IMG/VR virus record: IMGVR_UViG_3300045257_000190
Coordinates: 3,493-67,492 of that record
Length of the DNA stretch: 64,000 nt
Source of the DNA: a virus
Reading direction: 5' to 3' (one strand)
Position 1 is the first letter of the stretch, and each line of letters starts with the position of its first letter. Both the position numbers and the translations under genes were made by a program. The notes under the pieces were generated by a model, which was not told the origin of the DNA, searched no databases, and saw only the letters and a program-made list of their open reading frames with translations. This document shows, piece after piece, positions 47,058-56,730 of the stretch.

Positions 47058-47242
47058 CAGCGTTTCCCCTTCCCGAACATCGTGCGCTGGTTCGGCCGGC
47101 CCATGTTGCTCTGGCCGGCCTTGTCCTCAGCCTTGTCCTTCCCGGTGCGCTCATAGGCCTTCAGCGAGACGCCCAGCTTGCGGGCGCCTGCCTTGTCCTG
47201 ACGAACGTCCTTGGGCGACCCCTCGTACGTGCGCTTGGCCAT
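47057..47242 (-). CDS. Small basic protein
   Basis: YEGSPKD..QD...A.K.G.S.K.YE; SD inside palindrome. Confidence 0.65.
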   Translation of the reverse strand: MAKRTYEGSPKDVRQDKAGARKLGVSLKAYERTGKDKAEDKAGQSNMGRPNQRTMFGKGKR

Positions 47243-47271
47243 CCCGGTTACTCCCGGAGTAAGGGTGAGAG

Positions 47272-48213
47272 TTAACCCCGGATCGCGTAAAGCTCCGCGA
47301 TGGCGATGCCGTCCAGCACCTTCGCGCCGTACACCTGCAGCCCGCGCAAAAGCGTGGAGAAGCTGCGCTCCGAACGCATCGTCTCCATCTTGGTGATCTG
47401 GCTGGCGAAGGTGAGACCATGTGGGTGACCGGCGAAGATCCGGAACGCGTTCGTCGCACCCTCGGTCGCGGTCGGCAGCAGGTTCGAGCTGTAGAGCGTG
47501 AACCGGTCGATCATGCCCAGCCGCCCGTTGCGCATCAGCGAGACCCCATCACCCGAGATACTCGCGTTGCGCAGATCGGACTTCTTGATCAGCGCCGCCA
47601 CCCAGGGTGGTATCACCAGCCAGCGGCCGGTCTCCGGGATGTTCTGTTCATCGAGGCAGGTGCCCAGGTCAACGATGCTGTCCAGCACGTTCACCGGGGT
47701 GAGCGAGATCGGCGCGCCGGAAGCGCCCAGGTTGATGTTCAGCGAGATCTTCCCCGCCGTGGCGCCCTTGTTGGCGGCGTTCACGCCGGGATCGATCAAC
47801 GTGAGCACGCCGGTGTCGATCACGATCTTCATCTGCTCGGCGGCGTCGTCGGACCACAGCGAGAGCATGTTGATGTCCGACTGCACCTCCATCACGTCGT
47901 CCAGCGCCTCGTTGAAGTACTTGGCGAAGTCGATCGTGAGGTCGATGATATTCGAGCTGGGGCGCTCGACCAGCAGATCCTGGTTGACCTGATAGTCACG
48001 GATCGTGATCGTGGGCTTGGTGCGGATATGCACCGTGTCGCCCATGTTCTTGATCTCGCCTTCGTAGTCGGTGTTGGCGATCGCGGAGAGCACCGTCGCC
48101 GCGTAGAACTTCTCGATCAGCTTACCCGACCAGATCTCCGGAATGAACGTACCATGGTAAGCGGGGTTCTGGTTTGCCCCCACCCAGGGCGTCGTGGCAA
48201 TGGTAATTGCCAT
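47272..48213 (-). CDS. Major capsid protein (P22 gp5-like, HK97 fold)
   Basis: FIPEIWSGKL, YEGEIK..GDTVHI, G.LG.IDRF..Y.SN, RGLQVYG.KV; follows scaffold. Confidence 0.88.
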   Translation of the reverse strand: MAITIATTPWVGANQNPAYHGTFIPEIWSGKLIEKFYAATVLSAIANTDYEGEIKNMGDTVHIRTKPTITIRDYQVNQDLLVERPSSNIIDLTIDFAKYFNEALDDVMEVQSDINMLSLWSDDAAEQMKIVIDTGVLTLIDPGVNAANKGATAGKISLNINLGASGAPISLTPVNVLDSIVDLGTCLDEQNIPETGRWLVIPPWVAALIKKSDLRNASISGDGVSLMRNGRLGMIDRFTLYSSNLLPTATEGATNAFRIFAGHPHGLTFASQITKMETMRSERSFSTLLRGLQVYGAKVLDGIAIAELYAIRG

Positions 48214-48239
48214 GTTGAGCTGCTCCTATGAGACATTGG

Positions 48240-49307
48240 TTACTGTCTCACACGGCCCTCCCGACCCGCAGCGATGATGTCGGCCTCGATCCTGTCAGCG
48301 TCCGCTTCGCGGCCGCGCCATTCACCCCGACCCTTGCGCCGGTAGAACTGTGTGATCTCCGCGCCTGTCCATATCCGCCTGTCAGGAGCGCCCGGCGCTG
48401 GTGGCGTGGTCGGACCACGCCCAGGTGCCGCCAATTCCTCGAGGGGTAACCGGTCCGCAGGTGGGGAGCTGCCACCTGTCTGGCCCAGTTGTGTCCCGCG
48501 TGACGGATCCACCAGGGTCTGCTCGTTCTTGTAGGCCTGGAAAAACGCGATAGTACGCGCGGCATCGCCGCGCGTGTGGGCATCAGTGATCATAGACTTG
48601 CGCGTATTACCACTGAAAGGGTCGATCTGGCCAAGCCACGTGATGAAGCCAGGATCCACATTGACAACCTGCCAGTCGGGAACCGCGCGATCGAGCGCCT
48701 GCTCGACCGACTGGGCAGCGGATCGTGTCTCGATGCGGTGGGTGTTGCCCTCAAGCTGACGGATGCGCGTCTCGAGCTGCTGTACCACCGGCGAATAATG
48801 TGCCTCCGCCCAGCGCTGGGTGCCCTTGATGAGATCCTCGCCGTAGGCCTCGATGTCCTCCTCGGGGATCTTCATCGTGCTGCCCGGCGGCATGGATGCG
48901 AACGTGGGTGATGGTGGCGGCGAGGGATCGGCCGGCGGCGCCGTGCGCATGCTGCCGATCAGGTTCTCCAGCGAGCGGACCTGTCCGCGCAGCTCCGCAA
49001 TCTCCGTGTTATACTTGCCCTGAAGCGTGCTGTAGCGCTGCTCCCAGTCGGTGGCGGGAGGTGCTGGTGCGGGCGAAGATCCCGGAACGCTTGCATCAGG
49101 TCGATCAGAAAAAAGATCCCGGCTATCCCCAGAATTATCCCCAGGATCAGCAGTGGCACCGCCATCGGGATCTCCCCCATTGCCCTGCGTGGTGGCAGCG
49201 GCGGCAGCGGCGGCAGCCTCGGCATGAAGCTCGTCGGCACGCGCCGACGATCGCCGCACGGCGTCGGGTATATGATTCGCATAGAGTTCGGCGTTGCTCT
49301 CAGACAC
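48240..49307 (-). CDS. Capsid scaffolding protein
   Basis: WEQRYSTLQGKY coiled coil; I..A..EGR C-terminus; between portal and capsid genes. Confidence 0.75.
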   Translation of the reverse strand: MSESNAELYANHIPDAVRRSSARADELHAEAAAAAAAATTQGNGGDPDGGATADPGDNSGDSRDLFSDRPDASVPGSSPAPAPPATDWEQRYSTLQGKYNTEIAELRGQVRSLENLIGSMRTAPPADPSPPPSPTFASMPPGSTMKIPEEDIEAYGEDLIKGTQRWAEAHYSPVVQQLETRIRQLEGNTHRIETRSAAQSVEQALDRAVPDWQVVNVDPGFITWLGQIDPFSGNTRKSMITDAHTRGDAARTIAFFQAYKNEQTLVDPSRGTQLGQTGGSSPPADRLPLEELAAPGRGPTTPPAPGAPDRRIWTGAEITQFYRRKGRGEWRGREADADRIEADIIAAGREGRVRQ

Positions 49308-49575
49308 GGGCGGGTTCTCCCTTGCCCACGGTCTGGCGTGGTTTCACCTGCGCCACGTGCGTGCCGTACATATGCGAGTGGATAGCAAGCCAGACATCGT
49401 ATAGGCCGCGAACGTAGGCGGTGGTGTCCACGCGGTCCGGATGGGGCGAGTTGAGCGCGGCCACCGTCCGGATGGACACAAAATCACCCAGGGCGTCCAC
49501 GAACCGTCGGAAGTCCGCGTTGCCGCGTAGGTCGGTGACGCATTGCAGCGCATCGTTGCCAAGATTGATCGCCAT
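49300..49575 (-). CDS. Hypothetical head-module protein
   Basis: Coupled ORF. Confidence 0.6.
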   Translation of the reverse strand: MAINLGNDALQCVTDLRGNADFRRFVDALGDFVSIRTVAALNSPHPDRVDTTAYVRGLYDVWLAIHSHMYGTHVAQVKPRQTVGKGEPARV

Positions 49576-49578
49576 CGC

Positions 49579-49881
49579 CTATTCGAGATCCGCATTGGTC
49601 ATGGAGTAGTCCTTGCTCGACCCGGGCTGGCCCATGCGTCCGGGGCCCAGGCCCCCGTGTATGCGCTTCATGCCCCCCATGCCGCCCCGGATCTGCTTGA
49701 GCGGCGAGCCGGCTTTGCCATAGTGGTTGCCTGAGCGCGCCAGGGTGTCCCCTGGGGTGAGCGTGCTCAGCTGACCCGAGTGCGGGCCCGGCAGGTGCAC
49801 CGACTGGCTGTTCTTGCCCCCCAGCGTCGCGCCGACCTGGGGCAGCGAACCGATCGCACCGATGTCCACCGGGCCCGCCAT
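49579..49881 (-). CDS. Gly-rich hypothetical protein
   Basis: Coupled ORF. Confidence 0.55.
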   Translation of the reverse strand: MAGPVDIGAIGSLPQVGATLGGKNSQSVHLPGPHSGQLSTLTPGDTLARSGNHYGKAGSPLKQIRGGMGGMKRIHGGLGPGRMGQPGSSKDYSMTNADLE

Positions 49882-49884
49882 GAA

Positions 49885-50085
49885 TCACACCCCGCAGATG
49901 CCGTAAGTGCTGGCCTTCATCTTCTGTGGGTTCCAGTTGGTGTTGTGCGCCGAGCCCTTGCCCTTGGGGTATGAACGCGACGATCCGGTAGGTCCCGAGG
50001 AGCCCGAGGTGGCGGCGCCGCCGGAGACTTTCATGCTCGAGCCGGACGAGGATGATTCGACTTTGGAGTAGCTGCTGCTGGCCAT
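49885..50085 (-). CDS. Ser/Gly-rich small protein
   Basis: TAATG coupling to portal gene. Confidence 0.55.
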   Translation of the reverse strand: MASSSYSKVESSSSGSSMKVSGGAATSGSSGPTGSSRSYPKGKGSAHNTNWNPQKMKASTYGICGV

Positions 50086-52289
50086 TACCGGGGTATCCCC
50101 TGTGCAAAAGAGTTAACGGGAGGCACGCTGGGCGGCGCCGGCTTGCCCGCCGACGCGGTGGGCGCGCCGGGCGGTTTCGCCGGTTGTCCGGGTGGTCCCT
50201 GCGGCCCCTGGGGCCCAGGCGATCCGGGATGCCCCGGCGGGTTGGCAGCACCCGGCTGCGGCGGCTGTCCCTGCGCCTGACCGTGCGCCGCGATCGCCTG
50301 CCCTGCCGCCATCATGCGCTTCTGGGCGTCCAGCTGGGCTTGCAGGGTTTCATCGTCGGGCACGATATCGTCGGGCATGCCGAGATCGGATGAGATCGCC
50401 CGCAGGATCCTCGCACGGCCGATCTCACCAACGATTTGCATATCAATAGGATTCGCGGTGATCTGCAGGAACTGTAGCTGCTTCTGGCGTTCGGTTTCGC
50501 GCTGGATTGCTACTGTCGTGCCACGGACGCGTATCTGCTCCTCGCCCGTCAGGATACCCGACGTGTCGGTGAGCATGATCATATCATACAGGTAGCTGAG
50601 CAGCGGGTCCATCACGTCCTCATCCACGTTGGACGCGACGGTCTGTAATACTTTCTGGGCGTTGTTCATCAGCATCGCGAGCCCCGAGGAGGTGCGTCCT
50701 GCACCGCCTGAGAGGGATTCGCCGGTGAGATATCTGGGGATCGCGCTGAGTTCGTCCGCCATGGTGTTCATGGCGTTGAGGATCTGGAGCAGTTCCCCCA
50801 CGTTTGAGTTGGGCTGAAAGAACGATATAGGCTCACGCTGGTTACCCAGGGGGTCACCCTGCACATGCCAGCGTTTCCATGGGTAAAGCTCATCGCCCGA
50901 CTCGGTGGGCGACACCATTTCGTCGTTGATCACCACCTGCGGGCCCGACGATATGCTCGCGTTGTTCACCAGCGAGCGAAACGTGGCGTTCTGCACCTCC
51001 TGGATATCCTCGAGGATGTCGGTCAGCGAGTGACCCGCGACAGTGCCGGGGACTTTCTCGAACGAGGTGAGGAAATAGGGCACACGCTGGCGCGGGCTGG
51101 GGTTGATCTGCGTCTTGATCGTGTGGCGCCCGACCACCCAGGACTGCACCATGTAGTCACGATCCGGGTCGGGTACGAAGTTTTTCGTCACCCCCTGGTC
51201 CAGCAGAAGCGATCCCTGGACATTGCCGTTGAATTCCAGGCCATCGATGAACTGCGAGCGGTTGAGGTTGGGGTCTTCGCGACCTTCGTTGATCGCCTGC
51301 TCCGGGTCGGGCGCATCAAGCCATTCCCGAAGGCCGTTTGCATAATCTTCCAGGCAAAGACGGACTTTGTCCTCGTTATACCCGGGCAACCCGATCAGGT
51401 CGTTGAGGTCGGCTCGGGTGTAGCGTTTGCGCTCGAGCGTGCTGGCCTCGGTTATGGTTGACGCACCGGGCGACCAGTAGAAATCGAACGGGTTAACCCG
51501 CTCCCAGAACATCTGCGGCGTGTTCTGCAGGAAGGGTTTGCCCTGGGTCCAGGAGAGCTTGGGCACCATGCGCACCACGGGACCCTTCAATACCGCGAAG
51601 GGGAACATGGTGAGGTCCAGCAAGAACTCGCCCAGTGCCTGATAGAACCTTCCCGCGACGAGAATGTCCTCCACCTTGTCCGACGCCGCGTCTGCCTGCG
51701 TCATGGCGTTGCGACGTGCTGCCTGCTGTGCCGCGTGAAGCAGGGAAACGTAGCGCATATGCGCCTGATCGGGGTCGACGGGTGCGCCCGCCATCTGCTG
51801 GTTTTGTACCTCGGTGGATATCAGCTGGATGATGTTGGCGCGCACCTCGGGAGGTATCGGCGGATCGGGCTGCGGCTCGATCGACCACGGCCGCTGCGGG
51901 CTCAGGTAGATATCCCGCAGCAGGGACGTAGCCCCCCGGCACTTGCCGGCGGTCATGCGGGAATACACCTCCGAGCCGCCGAACATCTGGATCTGCGCCA
52001 GCTTCTCGGGATCGTATTTGCCCTCGAAGGTGCGCTGGGCACGCAGCAGGCGCTGGTTGATCGGGTTGGCGCCCAGGTTGCGATGATCGCGGAAGATCAT
52101 CCACTGCTGGCGTATCCATGAACCGAGATCGGGCGGATCGTTGTTCTTCAGCGCGTCCACGCGGCGCTGCATCGCGGCGCGATCCTGATCGTCGCGCTGG
52201 CTTGGTGATATGACCCGCAGGAATCCCGCCGCTGAGCGAGAGCTGGCGGGTGGTGTACTCACCGAGAGACCTGCCTGCGCAATAGGCAT
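50085..52289 (-). CDS. Portal protein
   Basis: 734 aa; AVLKGP, ERVNPFDFY, N.S.SSGPQ, GRTSSGL.MLM; first gene of the head operon. Confidence 0.85.
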   Translation of the reverse strand: MPIAQAGLSVSTPPASSRSAAGFLRVISPSQRDDQDRAAMQRRVDALKNNDPPDLGSWIRQQWMIFRDHRNLGANPINQRLLRAQRTFEGKYDPEKLAQIQMFGGSEVYSRMTAGKCRGATSLLRDIYLSPQRPWSIEPQPDPPIPPEVRANIIQLISTEVQNQQMAGAPVDPDQAHMRYVSLLHAAQQAARRNAMTQADAASDKVEDILVAGRFYQALGEFLLDLTMFPFAVLKGPVVRMVPKLSWTQGKPFLQNTPQMFWERVNPFDFYWSPGASTITEASTLERKRYTRADLNDLIGLPGYNEDKVRLCLEDYANGLREWLDAPDPEQAINEGREDPNLNRSQFIDGLEFNGNVQGSLLLDQGVTKNFVPDPDRDYMVQSWVVGRHTIKTQINPSPRQRVPYFLTSFEKVPGTVAGHSLTDILEDIQEVQNATFRSLVNNASISSGPQVVINDEMVSPTESGDELYPWKRWHVQGDPLGNQREPISFFQPNSNVGELLQILNAMNTMADELSAIPRYLTGESLSGGAGRTSSGLAMLMNNAQKVLQTVASNVDEDVMDPLLSYLYDMIMLTDTSGILTGEEQIRVRGTTVAIQRETERQKQLQFLQITANPIDMQIVGEIGRARILRAISSDLGMPDDIVPDDETLQAQLDAQKRMMAAGQAIAAHGQAQGQPPQPGAANPPGHPGSPGPQGPQGPPGQPAKPPGAPTASAGKPAPPSVPPVNSFAQGIPR

Positions 52290-52349
52290 AATCGGCTATC
52301 TAGCGCAGGATCATGGGTGCCGGCAACCATTGCTTGTAGGGACAGGGTT

Positions 52350-52952
52350 ATGGACGACGAGATCATCGACGAGTTGCTGGACGGGATCACCGTGGTCGGC
52401 GCCGAGCCCGACATGGACAAAGCCACGCTATATGCGTTCTGCATCGACACCGCCCAGCGGATCCATGATTACGACGTGATCGCCCGGCGGTATGGGTTCG
52501 GCGATGAGGCGGGGATGGTGGAGTTCCTGCGCACCCACCCGCCGGTGGTGAAGCGGGTGAAGGAATTGCGGGCGGTCTGGGAGAGCGACGAGAGCGTCGA
52601 GCTTCGGTTGAGGAAGCTGGCGGGGCATAGCCTGCTGGAGGCGCTCCCCGATACTGCTTCCATCATGTTCGACAAGCAGGTTACTCCCGGAGTGAGGCTC
52701 GAGGCGCTCAGGGCGCATGCCAGGATAGCGGGTGTAGATACACCCCCACACGTGCCGGCCGGCGGTGCGGGGGGTATCGGCGGGGGTAGTGGTGGCGGAC
52801 GGTTCTCAGTGCAGATTGTGTTTAACAATTCCGGGCGGGTGGAGACGATCACCGCGTCGGAGCGGCATTTGAAGGAGATCGAGAGCGAGACGGAGATGAC
52901 CCGCGAGATGGACACGGAGGAAAGCTTTGATACGATTACGGGTGATACATAA
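52350..52952 (+). CDS. Terminase small subunit (putative)
   Basis: Directly upstream of and coupled to terL; helical, ends GG.FSVQI. Confidence 0.6.
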   Translation: MDDEIIDELLDGITVVGAEPDMDKATLYAFCIDTAQRIHDYDVIARRYGFGDEAGMVEFLRTHPPVVKRVKELRAVWESDESVELRLRKLAGHSLLEALPDTASIMFDKQVTPGVRLEALRAHARIAGVDTPPHVPAGGAGGIGGGSGGGRFSVQIVFNNSGRVETITASERHLKEIESETEMTREMDTEESFDTITGDT

Positions 52953-54352
52953 TGAGCATTATGTATGTGCCGCCCCCGACGATCGAGCGGTTCATGCTCG
53001 ATGACAGCTTAGTCAGGTTTTTATTAGGACCCATCGGCTCGGGCAAGTCGATGGGATGTATCATGGAGATCCTGCGACGCGCGCGTCAGCAGGCGCCCAA
53101 CGGAGATGGGGTCAGGCAAACCAAGTGGGTCGCGGTCAGGAATACCATGTCGCAGTTGAGGTTAACGGTGCTGGCGGATATCCAGCAGTACCTCGCGCCC
53201 ATGATATCCTATTTTGTTACCGATTCGACGATCCGCGTGCGCGCGGGACTGGAGGATGGTAGTCGGATCGAGTGCGATATCATATTAATTCCGTTGGATA
53301 CGAAACAGGATGTGCAGCGATTGCTGTCCATGCAGCTGACGGGTGCGTGGATCAACGAGGTGCGTGAAGTTCCCATCGATGTGGTGTCGGCGCTGATCGG
53401 TCGGTTAGGGCGTTATCCCTCGAAGATCTCGGGGGGACCGACGTGGTTCGGGCTGATCGCGGATAGCAACCCGTGGGATATCGATAGCCCGTATCACGAG
53501 CGGGTTTTGATAGCGCCTGAGGCCAACTGGAAGCTGTTCCACCAGCCGTCAGGTATCGGTCCTTATGCCGAGAACCTGGATAACCTGCCGCCGGGGTATT
53601 ACGAAAATCTGTTATCGGAACGCGACGAGGGCTGGTCCGAGGTGCATATACGCTCGGAATTTGGTAGCAGTAATGCCGGGCAGGCGGTGTTCCGCCGGTC
53701 GTTCGACATGGCGACGCACGCGAAGGATATGCATGCGGTGGTCAACCCGCAGCGCCCGATCGCGATCGGCATGGATTTCGGACGTACGCCGTGCGCGCTG
53801 ATCGCCCAGGTGGATGTGTTCGGCAGGTTACTCGTGTTCGAGGAGATAGTTACCGATGATATTGGTTTGCATCAGATGCTGGGGGAAAGGCTAAAACCTC
53901 GGTTATTGTCGGATCCCTACGTCGGTAAAAGGTCGTTCGTGGTCGCCGATCCCGCCGGCAACCAGAAATCCCAGCTTACCGAGGAGAATGCGTTCGATGT
54001 GCTGAAAAGCAACGGGTTCACCTCGTATCCGGCCCCCACCAACGATATCGGCCCCAGGTTGCTCGCGGTGGAGAAGATGCTGCGCCAGACGATCGCCGGG
54101 GAGCCGGCGATCCAGATCTCTCGGATGGGCGCGCCGACGCTGATCAGGGCACTCGCCAGCGGGTATAAATATAGAAGGCGGCGCGACGGCGGGCTGGATG
54201 ACAAGCCAGATAAAACCCACCCGTACTCCGACGTGTGTGATTGCCTGCAATACCTGTGTCTGGCGGTATCCTCGGATATGAGCACGCGGGTGATACGCCG
54301 GTTCCAGCCCAAGCCGGCGGTGAAGCGGTTTTCCTCGATGGCATGGACGTGA
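52952..54352 (+). CDS. terL: Terminase large subunit
   Basis: GPIGSGKS, RNT, WINE, DSNP, GMDFG, DPAG, SD..D.LQY. Confidence 0.92.
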   Translation: MSIMYVPPPTIERFMLDDSLVRFLLGPIGSGKSMGCIMEILRRARQQAPNGDGVRQTKWVAVRNTMSQLRLTVLADIQQYLAPMISYFVTDSTIRVRAGLEDGSRIECDIILIPLDTKQDVQRLLSMQLTGAWINEVREVPIDVVSALIGRLGRYPSKISGGPTWFGLIADSNPWDIDSPYHERVLIAPEANWKLFHQPSGIGPYAENLDNLPPGYYENLLSERDEGWSEVHIRSEFGSSNAGQAVFRRSFDMATHAKDMHAVVNPQRPIAIGMDFGRTPCALIAQVDVFGRLLVFEEIVTDDIGLHQMLGERLKPRLLSDPYVGKRSFVVADPAGNQKSQLTEENAFDVLKSNGFTSYPAPTNDIGPRLLAVEKMLRQTIAGEPAIQISRMGAPTLIRALASGYKYRRRRDGGLDDKPDKTHPYSDVCDCLQYLCLAVSSDMSTRVIRRFQPKPAVKRFSSMAWT

Positions 54353-54363
54353 TAAGTAGGGTT

Positions 54364-54615
54364 ATGATTAAGACCAAGTCGTTCCAAAAGAGTTCCAAGA
54401 AGCGGTATGAATTACTTCAGCAAGTGTTCCGCGACGCGCGTATGGCGCGCGGGATAAGCCAGCAGGTACTGGCCGAGGATCTGGGCGCGGCGCAGACGCA
54501 GGTGTCCAGGGTCGAGCGCGGGGCGGACGTGCCCGACGTGGTGGAGTTCCTCGAGTGGTGCCGGCAGCTGGAGCTGGATCCCCGGGTGGTGATCGCGAAG
54601 CTGATGTCGGCATAA
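54364..54615 (+). CDS. XRE-family HTH regulator
   Basis: R.ARGISQ..LA..LG..Q..VSRVERG...PDVVE. Confidence 0.85.
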   Translation: MIKTKSFQKSSKKRYELLQQVFRDARMARGISQQVLAEDLGAAQTQVSRVERGADVPDVVEFLEWCRQLELDPRVVIAKLMSA

Positions 54616-54736
54616 TTTACACTCGTACGTGGGCGATACGAATTGGCGGTGGGCAAGCCGTTGATATCGGCCGGTGCGCGGGGTTGGCCCCGATCGTGAA
54701 TGCGGGGGCTGGGGAGCACTGGTGCTCCTGGAGGTT

Positions 54737-55399
54737 ATGATGGTAAAACAAACTCTGCTCTACGGCGTGGTGGCGGGGCTGCTCGCCGCGACACCAGCGA
54801 GTGCGACGCTGATATCCTCGGCGGCAGCGCCCGGCCAGCTGGCGGCGGGCGCGTGCGCGGGCAACGACGGTGGCGTGGGCTCATTGAATGTGAGTTGCTC
54901 AGGCGGGATATACTCGTCTATCGCCATCTCGGCGGCAGGTCCGCCGTTGCTGAACGCGCCGGATCTGTCGGCGACGACGCTGACAGTGAAGACGACGGGC
55001 CTGGGGGCGGGCAGCTCGACGCTGGATATCAATATCGATTCGTCGGGCTTCGCGTTCGCCGGCGGGCCGGTGACCGCCATCTTCACGGTGAACAACCTGA
55101 TCGGCGGAGGTGTGGGTCCCTTCGTGCTCACCGCGTCGGCACCGGTGGGCACGCTGACGCATACGTTCACCGCGTCGGGCAGTGCGCAAGACGGCCCGAC
55201 GATCCTCGGGGCGTTCACCAACGACCACGCAGAGTTCCAGTTGACGTTCGCTGGCAACACCGTGCAGTCGCTCGACGCGACCATCGAGATCGTCGGCGCG
55301 CCCGAGCCCATCTCGCTGGCCCTGCTGGGGACCGGGTTGCTGGGTCTCGGGCTCGTCAGGCGTTCGCGCCGCGTGAGCGACGCTACGCTGGCGGGCTAA
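54737..55399 (+). CDS. PEP-CTERM sorting-domain secreted protein
   Basis: Signal peptide ending PASA; C-terminal APEPISLALLGTGLLGLGLVRRSRR. Confidence 0.85.
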   Translation: MMVKQTLLYGVVAGLLAATPASATLISSAAAPGQLAAGACAGNDGGVGSLNVSCSGGIYSSIAISAAGPPLLNAPDLSATTLTVKTTGLGAGSSTLDINIDSSGFAFAGGPVTAIFTVNNLIGGGVGPFVLTASAPVGTLTHTFTASGSAQDGPTILGAFTNDHAEFQLTFAGNTVQSLDATIEIVGAPEPISLALLGTGLLGLGLVRRSRRVSDATLAG

Positions 55400-56241
55400 G
55401 AGGTCACCACCACGGCGTTCGACACGGGCGCCGTGGTGTAGCCGGCGGCGTTGGTCGCGGTGACCACGCAGGTGGCGGACTTACCCACGTCGCCGGGCTG
55501 CACCGCGCGATCGCCGGTGGCGAGCGCGGGCGGGGCGTCGACGCCGTCGAGCTGCCACAGGTAGCTGTAGCTGGTAGGCTCGCCCGACCAGTTGCCCATG
55601 GTGCAATTCAGGGTGGCGCCGGATTGGGTGACGTGAGGCGTATCCACGAGGGCTGGCGCCTCCCCTGAGGGCGTGCCGCCTTCGCCCGGGGGCACCTCCG
55701 GCGTCCCCACGACGTCCCCGGGCAGCGCCGCCAGCGTGTCGCCGGCGCGCATGTGGTTGATCACGTAGTGCATGGACGTCAGCGCGCCGTTCAGCGCCGC
55801 GAGATCGTTGGCGGCGAGCATGGGGGTGATAGCCGCGAGGGCGGCCTCGTAGTCACCGGCACCGGCTTCCAGGGAAGTCAGGTCCCCGCCGGCCTCCAGA
55901 AGGGCCAGGGAGGCCTCGAGCGCTGCCAGGACGTCGGCCGCCTCGGGATCCTCGGAGGCCTCCAGCGGGCTCCTGAGGGCCGGCACGGTGGTGTTCAGCG
56001 CGCGCCATGCATGTTCCTGCTCGACCTGGAGGCCCAGCAGCCGGTCCTCGGACGGCGTGCTGCTCGCGCCGACGGTCGGCTGGTGGGAGGTATTGGGGTT
56101 CAGCAAGGGTGGGCGGACGTCCTCGCCGACGTTGCGGGCGCCCCCGCGAGCCCCGAGCGGATCATGCAGGAATACAGCGCGAGGATCCCGCTGGCGGTCA
56201 CGCGAACGATCGCTCTGACGCTCAAGCACAGGTGCCGGCAT
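55396..56241 (-). CDS. Protein with C-terminal Ig-like domain
   Basis: GGAGG SD; TL.C..G.W.G.P..Y.Y.W...DVG....C.VTATN..G. Confidence 0.65.
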   Translation of the reverse strand: MPAPVLERQSDRSRDRQRDPRAVFLHDPLGARGGARNVGEDVRPPLLNPNTSHQPTVGASSTPSEDRLLGLQVEQEHAWRALNTTVPALRSPLEASEDPEAADVLAALEASLALLEAGGDLTSLEAGAGDYEAALAAITPMLAANDLAALNGALTSMHYVINHMRAGDTLAALPGDVVGTPEVPPGEGGTPSGEAPALVDTPHVTQSGATLNCTMGNWSGEPTSYSYLWQLDGVDAPPALATGDRAVQPGDVGKSATCVVTATNAAGYTTAPVSNAVVVTS

Positions 56242-56730
56242 GATGACCTCCCATGGTTAAAAGGGGGCAGGCCCACTGACGACCTGCCCCGAGTTCGGAG
56301 ATTACTCGCGTGTCTCGACGGGATCGTAGGGCCTGCCCCCTGCCGGGGCAAGACTGTTCTACACACGTGTAGATGAATTACGATATCGAAACGAATAATC
56401 CCTGGGGAGGGAAAATTTTTCAAAACTGCTAGTGCTATGGATTTTAATACAAAATTAACTAAGACCGTTTGAGGTGTGGACGTGGCGATGGCTTACCTAA
56501 AGCGGCCGGCCCGGCACCACCCCCTTGGACAGCTCCCCCTCCCCCCGGGGGTGGGGATGGTTACTCCCGTAGTAAAATCCGTTCTGGCCCATATGAGAGA
56601 ACCGGAAAGCCGCTCCCGCTGGGGAGCATGTCGCTACCGGGGGACACATGGGCAAGAGCCAAATCCCCATGACGGTTTGATACGAGACCGGGAGTAGCGC
56701 GTCAGCCAAAGGCGCAAGCGTATAAATATC

